Notes: generated by a model from the sequence alone, not told the origin. A stretch of DNA of 64,000 nucleotides from an uncultured Bacteroidales bacterium (GCA_946406195.1 CAMJJT010000005.1:62010-126009); one strand, 5' to 3'; counted from the first letter of the stretch, positions 45,756 to 55,848 are shown. Made by a program: numbers and translations.

Positions 45756-47123
45756 TCAAACCTTCAAGCCCTTTATCACCTCTGGGACCAAACGATCAAT
45801 ATCTCCGGCTCCGATTGTCAACACCACCACCGGCTCCTGACTCCGGGCAATTCTCTCTTTCAGCACACGTACCAGCTCACTCTTTTGCACCACTTGACCA
45901 CCCAGCATTTCGCTCGTCACACCCGGAATAGGCTCCTCCCTCGCCGGATAAATCGGCAATAAAATAGCCTCATCCATCGTACCGAGCACCGCCCGAAAAC
46001 CCTCCGCAAAATCACGGGTACGCGTGTATAAATGCGGTTGAAAAACACCGATCAGACGATGCGTGGGGTATAATTTACGGACAGACTCAATCGTCGTAGC
46101 GATCTCCTGCGGATGATGTGCATAATCGTCAATATAGACCACTTGCGGGGTGTTCAAATGGATATTAAACCGCCTCCAAACGCCCTTGAAAGTAGAGATC
46201 CGGGAGCTAATATCCGAGAGCTTAGAATCTCCCGTCAAGTACGCAACCGTCATCGCTGCCACCGCATTCTCAATGTTCACATACACCGGCACACCCAAGC
46301 GCACATCGGCAATCTCCTCCTTCGGGGTATGAAAATCAAAATAGATCTCCCCGTTCGCTATGCGTATATTATCGGCATAGAAATCCGGACGATCGGACGG
46401 CTGTGTGCTGTTTGCGGAAGACTCCATCACCCCGTACGTGTAACATTTCACACCGGGCTGAAGTCTGGGCTGCAACGCGATGCCGTGTTTCATCACCAAC
46501 GCATGTGTGATAAGACTGGTATATTGGGCAAATGCCTCACGGTATGCTTCTTCCGTCCCGTAGATATCCAAATGGTCCGCATCAACCGCAGTCACTACGG
46601 AAATATACGGCGTCAACTGATGGAAAGAGCGGTCGTATTCATCTGCTTCCACTACCACCCATTCGCTCTGCTCTTCCAGCAGCAGGTTCGTCCCGTAGTT
46701 CATACTGATCCCGCCCAGAAAAGCATTCGTCGGGTGCAATAGATGCGCAATCATCGTACTGGTGGTCGTCTTCCCGTGTGTACCGGCTACGCAGAGCGCT
46801 TTCTTTTGCCGCGTCACCATGCCCAACACCTCCGCGCGCTTCTTAATGGTAAAACCATTCTTCCTCAAATACGTATAGATCACGCTGTCCTCCGGTACGG
46901 CAGGAGTCCTGACTACAAGCGTAGTATCTGCTGTTAATCCTAGACCTTTCACCTGATCTACAGCATCTCTGTACGTAATCTCTATGCCCTCATTCTCCAA
47001 TTCTCTGGTCAAATCGGACGGTGTACGGTCATAGCCGCAAACACGATAGCCTGCATGCTTAAAATAGCGCGCCAACGCACTCATTCCTATACCGCCTATG
47101 CCTAAAAAGAATAATCCACTCAT
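45756..47123 (-). CDS. murC: UDP-N-acetylmuramate--L-alanine ligase
   Basis: ORF trimmed to the ATG at 47121-47123 (MSGLFFLGIGGIGMSALA). VAGTHGKTTTS P-loop and DDYAHHP. Confidence 0.92.
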   Translation of the reverse strand: MSGLFFLGIGGIGMSALARYFKHAGYRVCGYDRTPSDLTRELENEGIEITYRDAVDQVKGLGLTADTTLVVRTPAVPEDSVIYTYLRKNGFTIKKRAEVLGMVTRQKKALCVAGTHGKTTTSTMIAHLLHPTNAFLGGISMNYGTNLLLEEQSEWVVVEADEYDRSFHQLTPYISVVTAVDADHLDIYGTEEAYREAFAQYTSLITHALVMKHGIALQPRLQPGVKCYTYGVMESSANSTQPSDRPDFYADNIRIANGEIYFDFHTPKEEIADVRLGVPVYVNIENAVAAMTVAYLTGDSKLSDISSRISTFKGVWRRFNIHLNTPQVVYIDDYAHHPQEIATTIESVRKLYPTHRLIGVFQPHLYTRTRDFAEGFRAVLGTMDEAILLPIYPAREEPIPGVTSEMLGGQVVQKSELVRVLKERIARSQEPVVVLTIGAGDIDRLVPEVIKGLKV

Positions 47124-47133
47124 AATTCGGGTG

Positions 47134-47164
47134 CAAAGATACAATAAAAAAATGACATATGCAA
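47134..47164 (-). promoter_or_regulatory. Promoter (-7 TATCTTTG) directly upstream of murC
   Basis: Minus strand reads ttgcatatgtcatttttttattg TATCTTTG. Confidence 0.55.
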
Positions 47165-47215
47165 GCATATGCCATTCTTTTTGTGTTTTTTTTTATTTAT
47201 CTGATAAAACAGACA

Positions 47216-48070
47216 TTAAACAAGCGCTTTCACCAGCGTCTCTGTTGTACCCGGCAGAAGATCAATCGGCGCTATTTCAATCATGGTTTTTGCGCCATAG
47301 ACACCACGCTCTTTCATTCGCATCGCAGCTCGTGCACAAGAGACCATGACTTGACCTGTAAGCGCAGGGTTATTGATCTCCATATTGAACTCAAAACGCT
47401 GATTATGTGTCTCTCCGGAAACACCTGAACGAACGAGATTCACGCCGTGCGCTACGTTATTGAGTTGATCAACACTCGCTACAGGAATAACGTGCGTCTC
47501 ATCGTGTGCAAAATAATCATCCGCAAGGATAGCTGCCTCAACCGTCTTGAAATCAGCGCCTTCTTCCAATTCAATATACACCATTCGACGATGGATTCCT
47601 GTTCCCAAAGGAATGGTCATCGAGAGAGCGTTCTTGACACCTTTGATCGCTTTCGCGGCAACCGTGTGACCCATCGAACGACCGGGACCGAAATTGGTAT
47701 AAGTCAATCCTTTCGGAGCCATCGCCATCAACAGTGCACGGATCATCGAATCCGAGCCAGGATCCCAACCGGCAGAAATAACCGAAACAGTCTTATTCGA
47801 CTGACACACAGCGTCTAAGGACTCACGAAGCGACCAAATCTGCCCGTGAATATCGAAACTGTCCACGGTACAAATACCTCTCGCCGCCAACACGGTTGCA
47901 AACTTCTGCACTTCGCGTGTCGGAGTTGCTACCAGCACTACATCCGCATCGATGCACTCAAGACAATCATTGTGGTGAAAAATACCTGCCAACTCCATAT
48001 CCGGAGCCGCTTTGATGGCTTCTTCGGCGGCACGGCCTATATTGCCGTAACCTAAAATTGCTACTTTCAT
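47216..48070 (-). CDS. ddh: meso-Diaminopimelate D-dehydrogenase
   Basis: VAILGYGNIGR, SAGWDPGS, FGPGRSMGH, as in Bacteroides/Corynebacterium Ddh. Confidence 0.85.
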   Translation of the reverse strand: MKVAILGYGNIGRAAEEAIKAAPDMELAGIFHHNDCLECIDADVVLVATPTREVQKFATVLAARGICTVDSFDIHGQIWSLRESLDAVCQSNKTVSVISAGWDPGSDSMIRALLMAMAPKGLTYTNFGPGRSMGHTVAAKAIKGVKNALSMTIPLGTGIHRRMVYIELEEGADFKTVEAAILADDYFAHDETHVIPVASVDQLNNVAHGVNLVRSGVSGETHNQRFEFNMEINNPALTGQVMVSCARAAMRMKERGVYGAKTMIEIAPIDLLPGTTETLVKALV

Positions 48071-48079
48071 ATTTCTTTG

Positions 48080-48111
48080 GTTATTACGTAATTACGTTAT
48101 TTCGTTAATTA
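48080..48111. repeat. 4 x 8 bp tandem repeat (GTTATTAC/GTAATTAC family) in the ddh-glmS spacer, ending on the glmS stop codon
   Basis: gttattac gtaattac gttatttc gttaatta. Confidence 0.75.
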
Positions 48112-49953
48112 TTCCACCGTAACGGACTTCGCCAAATTCCTTGGCTGATCGACATCGCAGCCTTTGACAACCGCTATATGGTATGCCAATAACTGCAAAG
48201 GAATGACGGTCAGCAGCGGTGTAAGGCACTCTTCTGTCTCAGGCACCTCAATGACATAATCCGCGATCTTGGATACCAGTTCGTCACCTTCCGTCACTAC
48301 GGCAATCACTCTACCCTTGCGAGCTTTGATCTCCTGAATATTGCTTACCACTTTTTCGTACGTGCCGCAACGAGGCGCCACTACAACCACAGGCATCTCC
48401 TGCGAAATGAGAGCGATAGGGCCATGCTTCATCTCCGCAGCAGGATAGCCTTCCGCGTGTATATACGAGATCTCTTTCAGTTTGAGCGCACCTTCCATCG
48501 CTACCGGGAAATTATATCCGCGTCCGAGATAAATGAAGTTCTGCGCGTAGGTAAACGTCTTCGCAAAATCCGCAATACGCTTGTTCTGTCCCAAAACCCG
48601 CTCAATCTTATCGGGAATCTGACCGAGTTCACGCACAATCTTCAAATATTGTTCGTGGCTCATCGTGCCTTTCTCCTTGCCTATACAGAGCGCGAGCATT
48701 GTGAGAGCTACCACTTGCGCCGTAAACGCTTTGGTGGACGCAACGCCTATCTCCGGTCCGACGTGCGTATAACAGCCGCTATCCGAAACGCGCGGAATAG
48801 ATGCGCCGACGACATTACAAATCGAGAAAATGAATGCCCCTTTAGACTTCGCCAACTGGATTGCCGCTAAGGTATCCGCCGTCTCGCCGCTCTGCGAGAT
48901 AGCAATAACGACATCGTCCTTGTTAATCACCGGTTTGCGGTAACGGAACTCCGACGAGTACTCCACTTCAACGGGTATCTGCGCATATTCTTCGATGGCG
49001 TACATAGCAATGAGCCCTGCGTGCCAACTCGTGCCGCAAGCGGTAATAATGATACGTTTGGCATTCAAGAATCGCTCCTTGTTATCAATGAATCCCGACA
49101 GCGCAATATTGTCCTGCCGCACGTTCACACGGCCTCTCATGGAGTCTGTCAGCGTACGAGGTTGTTCAAAAATCTCCTTGAGCATGAAATGCGGGTATCC
49201 GCCTTTCTCGAGTTGGCTCAACGAGAGTTCAAGACGCTTGATCTCCGGGGTCTTGGTGACATTATTGATGGTCGTGATATCTACTTTCTCGCCTATACGC
49301 AAGGACACCACTTCTTCATCATCAATATAGATCACTTTATCGGTATATTCGACGATAGGCGTAGCATCGGAAGCAAGGAAATACTCGTTCTCACCGATAC
49401 CGACTACCAGCGGCGAACCCTTGCGGGCCGCGATGAGGGTATCGGGATGGGTCTTATCAAGAATAGCGATGGCATAGGCACCGATGACCTGCTGAAGAGC
49501 CAATTGGACAGCCGTCTTAAGGTCGACGTGTTGGTTAACCTGCGTATATTCAACGAGTTGCACGAGCACCTCGGTGTCGGTGTCGGACTTAAAGGTATAA
49601 CCCTGCTCCATGAGTCCGGCCTTGAGTACGGCGTAGTTCTCGATGATGCCGTTATGGATGATGGCGAGGCGTTCCGACTCGGAATAATGCGGATGGGCAT
49701 TGACCGTATTGGGTTCACCGTGCGTAGCCCAACGGGTATGAGCGATACCGATACAACCTTCCGTATCTTTCTCGGCACAGAAAGCTTCGAGTTCGGCTAC
49801 CTTGCCTTTGGCTTTATAGACATTAAGTTGTCCGGCCTCGTTGATAAGCGCAACACCGGCACTGTCGTACCCACGGTACTCGAGACGATGCAAACCTTTA
49901 ATCAAAATCGGATACGCTTTGCGTTTACCGATATATCCAACTATTCCACACAT
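48109..49953 (-). CDS. glmS: Glutamine--fructose-6-phosphate aminotransferase (isomerizing)
   Basis: N-terminal MCGIVGY (Cys2 nucleophile), two SIS domains, C-terminal NLAKSVTVE. Confidence 0.95.
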   Translation of the reverse strand: MCGIVGYIGKRKAYPILIKGLHRLEYRGYDSAGVALINEAGQLNVYKAKGKVAELEAFCAEKDTEGCIGIAHTRWATHGEPNTVNAHPHYSESERLAIIHNGIIENYAVLKAGLMEQGYTFKSDTDTEVLVQLVEYTQVNQHVDLKTAVQLALQQVIGAYAIAILDKTHPDTLIAARKGSPLVVGIGENEYFLASDATPIVEYTDKVIYIDDEEVVSLRIGEKVDITTINNVTKTPEIKRLELSLSQLEKGGYPHFMLKEIFEQPRTLTDSMRGRVNVRQDNIALSGFIDNKERFLNAKRIIITACGTSWHAGLIAMYAIEEYAQIPVEVEYSSEFRYRKPVINKDDVVIAISQSGETADTLAAIQLAKSKGAFIFSICNVVGASIPRVSDSGCYTHVGPEIGVASTKAFTAQVVALTMLALCIGKEKGTMSHEQYLKIVRELGQIPDKIERVLGQNKRIADFAKTFTYAQNFIYLGRGYNFPVAMEGALKLKEISYIHAEGYPAAEMKHGPIALISQEMPVVVVAPRCGTYEKVVSNIQEIKARKGRVIAVVTEGDELVSKIADYVIEVPETEECLTPLLTVIPLQLLAYHIAVVKGCDVDQPRNLAKSVTVE

Positions 49954-49974
49954 ACTGATTTATTATTTGGGTTG

Positions 49975-50005
49975 CAAAATTACTATATTTTTTTGAATTA
50001 TGCAA
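49975..50005 (-). promoter_or_regulatory. Promoter (-7 TAATTTTG) for glmS, overlapping the dapL stop codon
   Basis: Minus strand reads ttgcataattcaaaaaaatatag TAATTTTG. Near-identical to the glnN promoter. Confidence 0.6.
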
Positions 50006-51161
50006 GCGTTTTCATTCTTTTTAGTGCTTCTTCGACTTCTTTTCTATTGGAGAAGGCCGAAAAACGCACAAATCCTTGTCCTGCATCACCAAAACCGACA
50101 CCGGGTGTACAGACGACCTGGCATTGGTTGAGCAAGCAATCGAAGAACGCCCATGAGTCTATATGGCCGGGCGTCTTGCACCATATATAGGGTGCGTTTG
50201 CGCCGCCATAGACCGTATATCCTAATGAACGCAAGCCTTCCGAGAGGATGCGAGCCGTCTGTTTGTAATAGTTCAGATTCGCTTGAATACCGGTTTTTCC
50301 TTCGGGTGTATAGGTAGCCAATGCGGCGCGTTGGGCAATATAGGAAGCGCCGTTGAATTTGGTGCACTGTCTGCGCGACCACATAGCCTGCAGTCCCGTT
50401 GCTTTCGGCAAGACCGTATAACCGCACCGCACCGCCGTAAAACCGGCCGTCTTACTGAAACTACGAATCTCTATAGCTACCTCATCTGCGCCTTCTATCT
50501 CATAAATAGAATGCGGTATATCCGGGTCTTCTATAAAGGCCTCATACGCGGCATCAAAGAGGATGATGCTATGGTTCGTACAGGCATATTCAACCCACCG
50601 CGCTAACTCGTCCCGCGTCAGCACCGTACCGGTAGGGTTATTCGGAAAACAGAGGTATATGATATCGGCTTTTTGTGCAGGCAGATCTGGATAGAAATTA
50701 TTCTGCTCCAAACACGGCAGCCAGACGATTTCTCTTCCGGCCATGCGATTCGTATCCACATAAGCGGGATATGAAGGTTCTAAGATCGCGACGGTATTGG
50801 CTGTATCGAACAGTTCACTCAGGTTACCCAGGTCACTGCCTGCTCCGTCACTGATGAAGACCTCTTCGGGTGTGAGATGGATACCGCGCGGTACGTAGTC
50901 GCTGTCAATGATCGCTTGTCGCAGCCAATGATAGCCCTCTTCTGGACCATAGCCGCGGAAGGTCTCCACATGCGCCAGTTCGTCCACGGCACGATGCATC
51001 GCATCGATGATGACCGATGGTAAAGGCAGCGTGACATCGCCTATGCCAAGACGCAGGACGTGCGCCTCAGGATGGACTTGCTGATAAGCCTGCGTGCGAT
51101 TCGCTATCTCAGTAAAGAGATAATTGTCCTTTAACTGTTGTAAATGCGTATTAATTTGCAT
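49998..51161 (-). CDS. dapL: LL-diaminopimelate aminotransferase
   Basis: LKDNYLFTEIA, LGIGDVTLPLP, NNPTG, SFSKTAGFTAVRCGY (PLP lysine). Confidence 0.85.
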   Translation of the reverse strand: MQINTHLQQLKDNYLFTEIANRTQAYQQVHPEAHVLRLGIGDVTLPLPSVIIDAMHRAVDELAHVETFRGYGPEEGYHWLRQAIIDSDYVPRGIHLTPEEVFISDGAGSDLGNLSELFDTANTVAILEPSYPAYVDTNRMAGREIVWLPCLEQNNFYPDLPAQKADIIYLCFPNNPTGTVLTRDELARWVEYACTNHSIILFDAAYEAFIEDPDIPHSIYEIEGADEVAIEIRSFSKTAGFTAVRCGYTVLPKATGLQAMWSRRQCTKFNGASYIAQRAALATYTPEGKTGIQANLNYYKQTARILSEGLRSLGYTVYGGANAPYIWCKTPGHIDSWAFFDCLLNQCQVVCTPGVGFGDAGQGFVRFSAFSNRKEVEEALKRMKTLA

Positions 51162-51927
51162 ACCATTTTCCCCTAAAAACTTCGGTAGCCGGACCGGTCA
51201 TGAGGACCGGAGAGGTATTGTCTTTCCATTGGATGAGTAAGTCCCCGCCGGGCAGATGAACGGTGACGTTCCGTTCTGTCAAACCATGATAGATAGCGGC
51301 AACCACCGAAGCACAAGCCCCTGTACCGCAAGCGAGCGTCTCCCCGGAACCGCGTTCGATGACGCGTACATCAATTTCATGCTTGTTACGCACATGCACG
51401 AACTCGATATTGGTGTTGGTAGGCAGTTGCGGAACGGTATCACGGAAGAAGACGGCATGGGGATTGCCCATGTTGACGGACGTGTAACCGATCGGATCCA
51501 TGCCGCTTTGGATAGAGTCCGGTTGTATCACCGGTTTACCCATATTCACCGTCACCGAATCTACTTTCTCATTGTCCACATGCAGAGATAGTGCACGGAT
51601 ACCGGCAAGCGTCTCTATCTCCATATGTACGTCGCGACACAGATTACTCTCGTACAGGTATTTCGCCACACAACGAATGGCATTACCGCACATCTCCGCT
51701 TCGCTTCCATCTGCATTGAAGATACGCATCTTCGCGTCCGCTTCTTTGGATGGCATGATAAGCACCAGTCCGTCCGAACCGATACCGAAATGGCGGTCAG
51801 AGACGGCACGCGCTAAAGCCCGCAGATCGGTCTTGGCAAGGATGTCTGCCGTGGTCTTTTGGAAACAGTCGATATAGACGTAGTCGTTTCCCAGACCGTG
51901 CATTTTGATGAAAGGAAGGATTTTCAT
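51151..51927 (-). CDS. dapF: Diaminopimelate epimerase
   Basis: FIKMHGLGNDY, MCGNAIRC and ETLACGTGACA (the two catalytic Cys). Confidence 0.9.
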   Translation of the reverse strand: MKILPFIKMHGLGNDYVYIDCFQKTTADILAKTDLRALARAVSDRHFGIGSDGLVLIMPSKEADAKMRIFNADGSEAEMCGNAIRCVAKYLYESNLCRDVHMEIETLAGIRALSLHVDNEKVDSVTVNMGKPVIQPDSIQSGMDPIGYTSVNMGNPHAVFFRDTVPQLPTNTNIEFVHVRNKHEIDVRVIERGSGETLACGTGACASVVAAIYHGLTERNVTVHLPGGDLLIQWKDNTSPVLMTGPATEVFRGKWYAN

Positions 51928-53537
51928 TAGTCCTTTGATGCTTTAATACATGCCGCAATAAAATCCAGGAACAATGGATGCGGATGTAAGACCGTTGAAC
52001 TGTATTCGGGGTGAAACTGCGTGCCGATATACCAGCGTAAGGCCGGAATCTCCATAATCTCCACTAAATCAGAAGAAGGGTTGATACCCGCACATTTCAT
52101 TCCACGCTTCTCATATTCATCCTTATAGGAATTATTGAACTCATAACGATGACGGTGTCTTTCCTTAATGAGTGTTTGCCCGTGATAGGCCTGCGAGGTA
52201 CGGCTACCTTGGGTTATGGCACACTCGTACGCGCCGAGTCGCATCGTTCCTCCCTTTTGCGTAATGTTCTTCTGTTCCGCCATCATGTCGATGACATTAT
52301 GCGGCGTCGATTCGTCCATCTCACTGCTGTTTGCATCTTGGTAGCCTAATACATTACGCGCGAATTCTATCACCATCATCTGAAAGCCGAGACAGATACC
52401 GAATGTGGGAATATCGTGCGCACGGGTATATTCTGCGGCCAGAATCTTGCCATCTATACCTCGTTGCCCGAATCCCGGACAAATAACGATACCGGCCATA
52501 CCGGATAGTTGTTCGGCTACGTTCTCTCGGGTGATAAACTCACTGTTGATGAAATGAATCTTCACCTTATATCCCCTGTATGTGCCCGCATGTGCGAGGC
52601 TCTCACGGATACTCTTGTATGCATCTTGCAGGTCGTATTTGCCGACCAGACCTATATGTAGCACTTCGTCTGCACGTTTACGGCAGTCCAAAAAGTCCAA
52701 CCACGATTTCAGATCAGGTTTTGTAGGTCTTTTGATGCCCATCTTACTCAAGATAACCCTGTCCAGTTGATGCTCATACATATTGATGGGCACTTCGTAG
52801 ATACTCGGCAAGTCTTGACTTTGAATCACCGCCTCCGGTGCAACGTTGCAGAAATGCGCCACTTTATTACGCAATTCATCGCTCAGATGATGTTCCGTAC
52901 GAAGTATAAGCACCTCCGGTTGGATTCCAAGTCCTTGCAGTTGTTTGACACTGGTCTGCGTCGGCTTGGTCTTCAGTTCGTCTGCGGCAGCCAGATAAGG
53001 CACGTAGGTGAGATGCACATTGAGCGCCCGCTGGGGGCCGAGTTCCCATCGTAATTGACGGATAGCCTCTAAGAATGGCTGACTTTCTATATCGCCTATT
53101 GTACCGCCTATCTCCGTAATAACGAAGTCTAACGGTTGTTTGGTTGCGTTGCACAGAATACGCCGTTTTATCTCGTCCGTGATGTGCGGAACGACCTGTA
53201 TCGTTTTACCTAAATAATCTCCACGGCGTTCTTTCTCTATCACACTCAAGTAGATACGACCGGTCGTAACACTATTGTCGCGCGTGGTCTCTATACCCGT
53301 AAATCGCTCATAGTGCCCGAGGTCAAGGTCGGTCTCCATACCGTCCGCCGTCACGTAACACTCGCCGTGCTCGTACGGATTCAATGTGCCCGGGTCGATG
53401 TTTATATAGGGATCGAACTTCTGAATCGTTATCCGATACCCACGCGCCTGGAGTAACTTACCCAAGGATGCCGAGATGATACCCTTACCCAACGACGAAG
53501 CTACACCTCCGGTAATAAAGATATACTTCGTTTCCAT
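51927..53537 (-). CDS. pyrG: CTP synthase
   Basis: KYIFITGGVASSLGKG, and a GATase domain with GICLGFQ. Confidence 0.95.
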   Translation of the reverse strand: METKYIFITGGVASSLGKGIISASLGKLLQARGYRITIQKFDPYINIDPGTLNPYEHGECYVTADGMETDLDLGHYERFTGIETTRDNSVTTGRIYLSVIEKERRGDYLGKTIQVVPHITDEIKRRILCNATKQPLDFVITEIGGTIGDIESQPFLEAIRQLRWELGPQRALNVHLTYVPYLAAADELKTKPTQTSVKQLQGLGIQPEVLILRTEHHLSDELRNKVAHFCNVAPEAVIQSQDLPSIYEVPINMYEHQLDRVILSKMGIKRPTKPDLKSWLDFLDCRKRADEVLHIGLVGKYDLQDAYKSIRESLAHAGTYRGYKVKIHFINSEFITRENVAEQLSGMAGIVICPGFGQRGIDGKILAAEYTRAHDIPTFGICLGFQMMVIEFARNVLGYQDANSSEMDESTPHNVIDMMAEQKNITQKGGTMRLGAYECAITQGSRTSQAYHGQTLIKERHRHRYEFNNSYKDEYEKRGMKCAGINPSSDLVEIMEIPALRWYIGTQFHPEYSSTVLHPHPLFLDFIAACIKASKD

Positions 53538-55726
53538 TAATGGATGAACATGAGTTCGCGGTACTTAGGCAGGGTCCACATCTCGTCATCAACGATGAGC
53601 TCGAGGGCATCAGCATGTTCGCGGATCTCGGCCATAAGCGGCAAGACGTTGTCGTGATAGGCAACAGCTTTGCTGCGCTTGTCCGGTTGACGATTGGCTT
53701 TATGACGCGCATCGGTCATACGCTCTACCCCTTCAAGGATAGCACCTGAGTGCTCTTCAATCTGCTTGATGATGCTGTAGTCCATTGCATTCAGACTTGC
53801 GGTCTCGTCAGCTGAGAAGACCTGTTTAACGGCAAGTACGTTCTGCAGCAGCATCGTCTGATAGCGTTTGGCGGCAGGCAGCACGTGGTTCACTACGAGA
53901 TCTCCCATCACGCGACTCTCAATCTGCAATTTCTTGACGTAGGTCTCCCATTTGACCTCACAACGGCTCTGCAATTCCGCGTGCGTGAGTACGCCTGTGC
54001 GCTCGAACATATTTATACTGCTGTCACTCAGGTAACGGTCAATCACTACCGGCACCGAAGTCTCGCAGTCCAAACCGCGTTTCTCCGCTTCTGTTTTCCA
54101 TTCCTCGCTGTAGCCGTTGCCGTCAAAGCGGATCGCCTTGCAAGCCACGATATATTTCTTGATTACGTCAAACAGCACACGCTCTTTGGCTTCGCCCTTC
54201 TCAATACGCGCGTCCACTTCTTCCTTGAATAGCGTCAACTGCTCCGCAACCGCCGCGTTCAAGGCTAACATCGCTGCACCGCAGTTCGCGGACGAACCTA
54301 CTGCACGGAACTCGAACCGGTTACCGGTGAAGGCAAACGGCGAGGTGCGGTTGCGGTCGGTGTTATCCAAGAGGATCTCCGGGATGTTGGCCACACCGAG
54401 CTTCATCTCTTTCTTGGCATTGATGATGATGGCTTCCTCAGCCTTAGCGTGCTCCAGTTTGTCGAGCACGGCGCTGATCTGCTTGCCGAGGAAAACGGAG
54501 ATGATGGCAGGCGGTGCCTCGTTGGCTCCCAGACGGTGCTCGTTGGTAGCACTGACGATGGAGGCTTTGAGCAGTCCGTTATGGCGTTGCACGGCCATGA
54601 GGACGTTAACGAGGAAGGTGATGAACTGCAAGTTCTGGTAGGGGTTTTTACCCGGTGCGAGGAGGTTAATACCCGTGTTGGTGGACATGGACCAGTTGCA
54701 GTGCTTGCCGCTTCCGTTCACGCCGGCATAGGGTTTCTCGTGCAGCAATACACGGAAATGATGCTTCTCCGCTACGCGCTCCATGATGGACATGATGAGC
54801 AGGTTATGATCGTTGGCCAGGTTGACCTCTTCGAAGATCGGCGCCATCTCAAACTGGTTAGGTGCCACCTCGTTATGACGCGTCCGAACAGGGATACCGG
54901 CTTTCAGCGCTTCGTATTCCAGTTCCCGCATGAAGGCTAACACACGTGCCGGTATCGCACCGAAATAATGATCCTCCAGCTGCTGACTCTTGGCGCTGTT
55001 ATGTCCCATCAGCGTGCGACCCGTCAGCATCAGATCCGGACGGGCGTTATACAAAGCTTCGTCCACTAAGAAATACTCCTGCTCCCAACCCAAATTCGCG
55101 TGTACGTGTTTCACTTGTTTATCGAAATACGCGCACACCTCACGCGCGGCATGACAGAGCGATGCCGTCGAACGGATCAGCGGTGTCTTATAATCCAGCG
55201 CCTCACCCGTATAGGCCACAAACACCGTCGGGATACAGAGCGTATCGCCGATCAGGAACACCGGACTCGAAGGATCCCAAGCCGAGTAACCGCGTGCCTC
55301 AAACGTGTTCCTAATTCCACCGCTCGGGAAAGAAGAAGCGTCCGGCTCTTGCTGATACAAACTGTCACCGCTGAACTCCTCCAACAACGCCCCTTGCTTG
55401 TCCAGCGAGAAGAACGCATCGTGCTTCTCAGCCGTTCCACCGGTCAACGGTTGGAACCAATGCGTGAAGTGGGTGGCACCGTGGTCCATCGCCCATTTGC
55501 GGATACCGATGGCTACGACACCGGCGATATCACGATGGATAGTTCGACCGTTATCCACATCGTCAAACAACTGATCTAATACCTCCTGCGCGATATATTC
55601 CTTCATCTTATCACGCGTGAAGACATCGCTTGCAAAATAGTCCTTTACTTTGCCTTCCGGCACCTCGACATAGGCAGGTTTATGCTCAAATGCCATTTTT
55701 AACACTTCAAAACGAACATTGCTCAT
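53537..55726 (-). CDS. glnN: Glutamine synthetase, type III
   Basis: 729 aa, with NEVAPNQFEMAPIF and NGSGKHCNWS motifs. Size and N-terminal extension are typical of GSIII. Confidence 0.92.
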   Translation of the reverse strand: MSNVRFEVLKMAFEHKPAYVEVPEGKVKDYFASDVFTRDKMKEYIAQEVLDQLFDDVDNGRTIHRDIAGVVAIGIRKWAMDHGATHFTHWFQPLTGGTAEKHDAFFSLDKQGALLEEFSGDSLYQQEPDASSFPSGGIRNTFEARGYSAWDPSSPVFLIGDTLCIPTVFVAYTGEALDYKTPLIRSTASLCHAAREVCAYFDKQVKHVHANLGWEQEYFLVDEALYNARPDLMLTGRTLMGHNSAKSQQLEDHYFGAIPARVLAFMRELEYEALKAGIPVRTRHNEVAPNQFEMAPIFEEVNLANDHNLLIMSIMERVAEKHHFRVLLHEKPYAGVNGSGKHCNWSMSTNTGINLLAPGKNPYQNLQFITFLVNVLMAVQRHNGLLKASIVSATNEHRLGANEAPPAIISVFLGKQISAVLDKLEHAKAEEAIIINAKKEMKLGVANIPEILLDNTDRNRTSPFAFTGNRFEFRAVGSSANCGAAMLALNAAVAEQLTLFKEEVDARIEKGEAKERVLFDVIKKYIVACKAIRFDGNGYSEEWKTEAEKRGLDCETSVPVVIDRYLSDSSINMFERTGVLTHAELQSRCEVKWETYVKKLQIESRVMGDLVVNHVLPAAKRYQTMLLQNVLAVKQVFSADETASLNAMDYSIIKQIEEHSGAILEGVERMTDARHKANRQPDKRSKAVAYHDNVLPLMAEIREHADALELIVDDEMWTLPKYRELMFIH

Positions 55727-55778
55727 ACTTTTGACGTTATTTTTCGTTTTTAATCCGATTAAATTTTAAAATCGACCG

Positions 55779-55809
55779 CAAAATTACTATATTTTTTTGA
55801 TATATGCAA
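55779..55809 (-). promoter_or_regulatory. Promoter (-7 TAATTTTG) for the glnN-pyrG-dapF-dapL chain
   Basis: Minus strand reads ttgcatatatcaaaaaaatatag TAATTTTG. Confidence 0.6.
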
Positions 55810-55819
55810 ATATTTCAAC

Positions 55820-55848
55820 AAAAAAAAGCGCCACGAGGACGCTTTTTT
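55820..55848 (-). terminator. Hairpin plus T-run downstream of the COG0523 gene
   Basis: Minus strand reads aaaaaagcgtcctcgtggcgctttttttt. Confidence 0.55.

Noticed and set aside
49021-50190. 389 aa plus-strand ORF
   Set aside because: Antisense to glmS, and it runs across the glmS promoter into dapL. No motifs.
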